Source of the DNA: Amoebidium appalachense
Lineage: Eukaryota; Protista; Ichthyosporea
Direction: 5' to 3'
Assembly (NCBI GenBank): GCA_963693365.1
Contig: CAVNZM010000003.1
Coordinates: 10,322,101 to 10,386,100, forward strand
Length of the DNA: 64,000 nt
The notes under the pieces are model-generated. The model was not told the DNA's origin, did not search any database, and saw only the letters and a program-made list of their open reading frames with translations. The position numbers and the translations under genes were made by a program. Every line of letters starts with the position of its first letter. Position 1 is the first letter of the stretch. Below, in pieces: positions 63,086-64,000 of this stretch.

Positions 63086-63543
63086 AGTGTGGGCACCCCT
63101 TAGGGGTATACCTTTTAAGATTTGCAACAGAAGGTAAAAACTAAATAACAAGTAAGCATACAATTTAGTTCCCTGGTTTTACGTTTAATATTTTTCGTTT
63201 GTTTAGGCCGCGTAACGTGGTGCACACATGGACTTTCGTTTCCGTTTCGCAAACAGGAAAGTCTCTCGCGGCCCCCAACTTTTCTTGTGCTTGCCCTCCT
63301 TCTCAATTAGTGACGTCATTAAGACCGGACCCCTATTGGCGAGCCATCCTTTTGAGAACAAAACTAAGCCATTTTGAAATAAAGGAAAGACAACGAGTGT
63401 AGCTAGCCAATCACGCTACCTCTCAGATAAACAGAGCCTGAACAAAGAGAAATAAAATACAATAAGTTCTTATCAGGCAAGAGAGCCAGGTGTGCACAGA
63501 TCTACAGATATCTGTGCTCACAGAAACAAGGGAGAGAGAGATA

Positions 63544-63670
<127 letters not shown>

Positions 63671-63837
63671 ACAAAGAAGGAAAGCAGACACGAATACAAA
63701 CAAGCTAAGACACATACATACTTCAAGGCTCTTGCTGTCATACATGGTGACGTATTCCAACACTCCCTCCCTCCCTCCCCCCTCCCCTCTCCTCTCCCTC
63801 CCTCCCTCCCCCCCCCTCCCCCCTCCCCTCCCCTCCC

Positions 63838-63981
<144 letters not shown>

Positions 63982-64000
63982 TTCCTCTCTCTCTCTCTCT

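Larger units (their letters stand above)
59131..63334. mobile_element. ISL2EU-like (PIF/Harbinger-related) DNA transposon, 4.2 kb, two convergent genes
   Basis: 25-bp imperfect TIRs AGGGGTTCAGTAACAATGACGTCAC / GTGACGTCATTAAGACCGGACCCCT. The AT TSD (59129-59130, 63335-63336) is confirmed by the empty site at ~14282. Confidence 0.88.

Overview
Repeat-rich eukaryotic DNA with spliceosomal introns packed with (CA)n, (GA)n and poly-C/G tracts. The organism cannot be identified from the sequence alone, and most of the ORF track is microsatellite noise. Host genes supported by hand splicing are: the last two exons of an acidic-tailed gene (399-2130 +); a divergent pair of paralogous secreted Cys/Gly/Asn/Pro-rich genes (5971-7472 -, degraded; 22594-23857 +); a type I membrane protein with a ZP-like furin-site/TM tail (26930-34385 -); an intact 8-exon SAM-dependent methyltransferase (37366-42791 +); and a YghU/Ure2-like GST pseudogene (45345-52312 -). 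The rest is layered transposon DNA: three Copia-type LTR families (one solo LTR nested in another), two tyrosine-recombinase (DIRS/Ngaro) remnants, a 5'-truncated non-LTR RT element, two ISL2EU-like AT-TSD DNA transposons and MITEs. The most notable item is a 654-bp miniature LTR element (TRIM, 15206-15859 -). Each of its LTRs carries a 73-nt tRNA-like Pol III cassette followed by a hairpin array, making it a tRNA analogue of the 5S-carrying Cassandra TRIMs. It is flanked by a 59-bp direct repeat rather than a 5-bp TSD.
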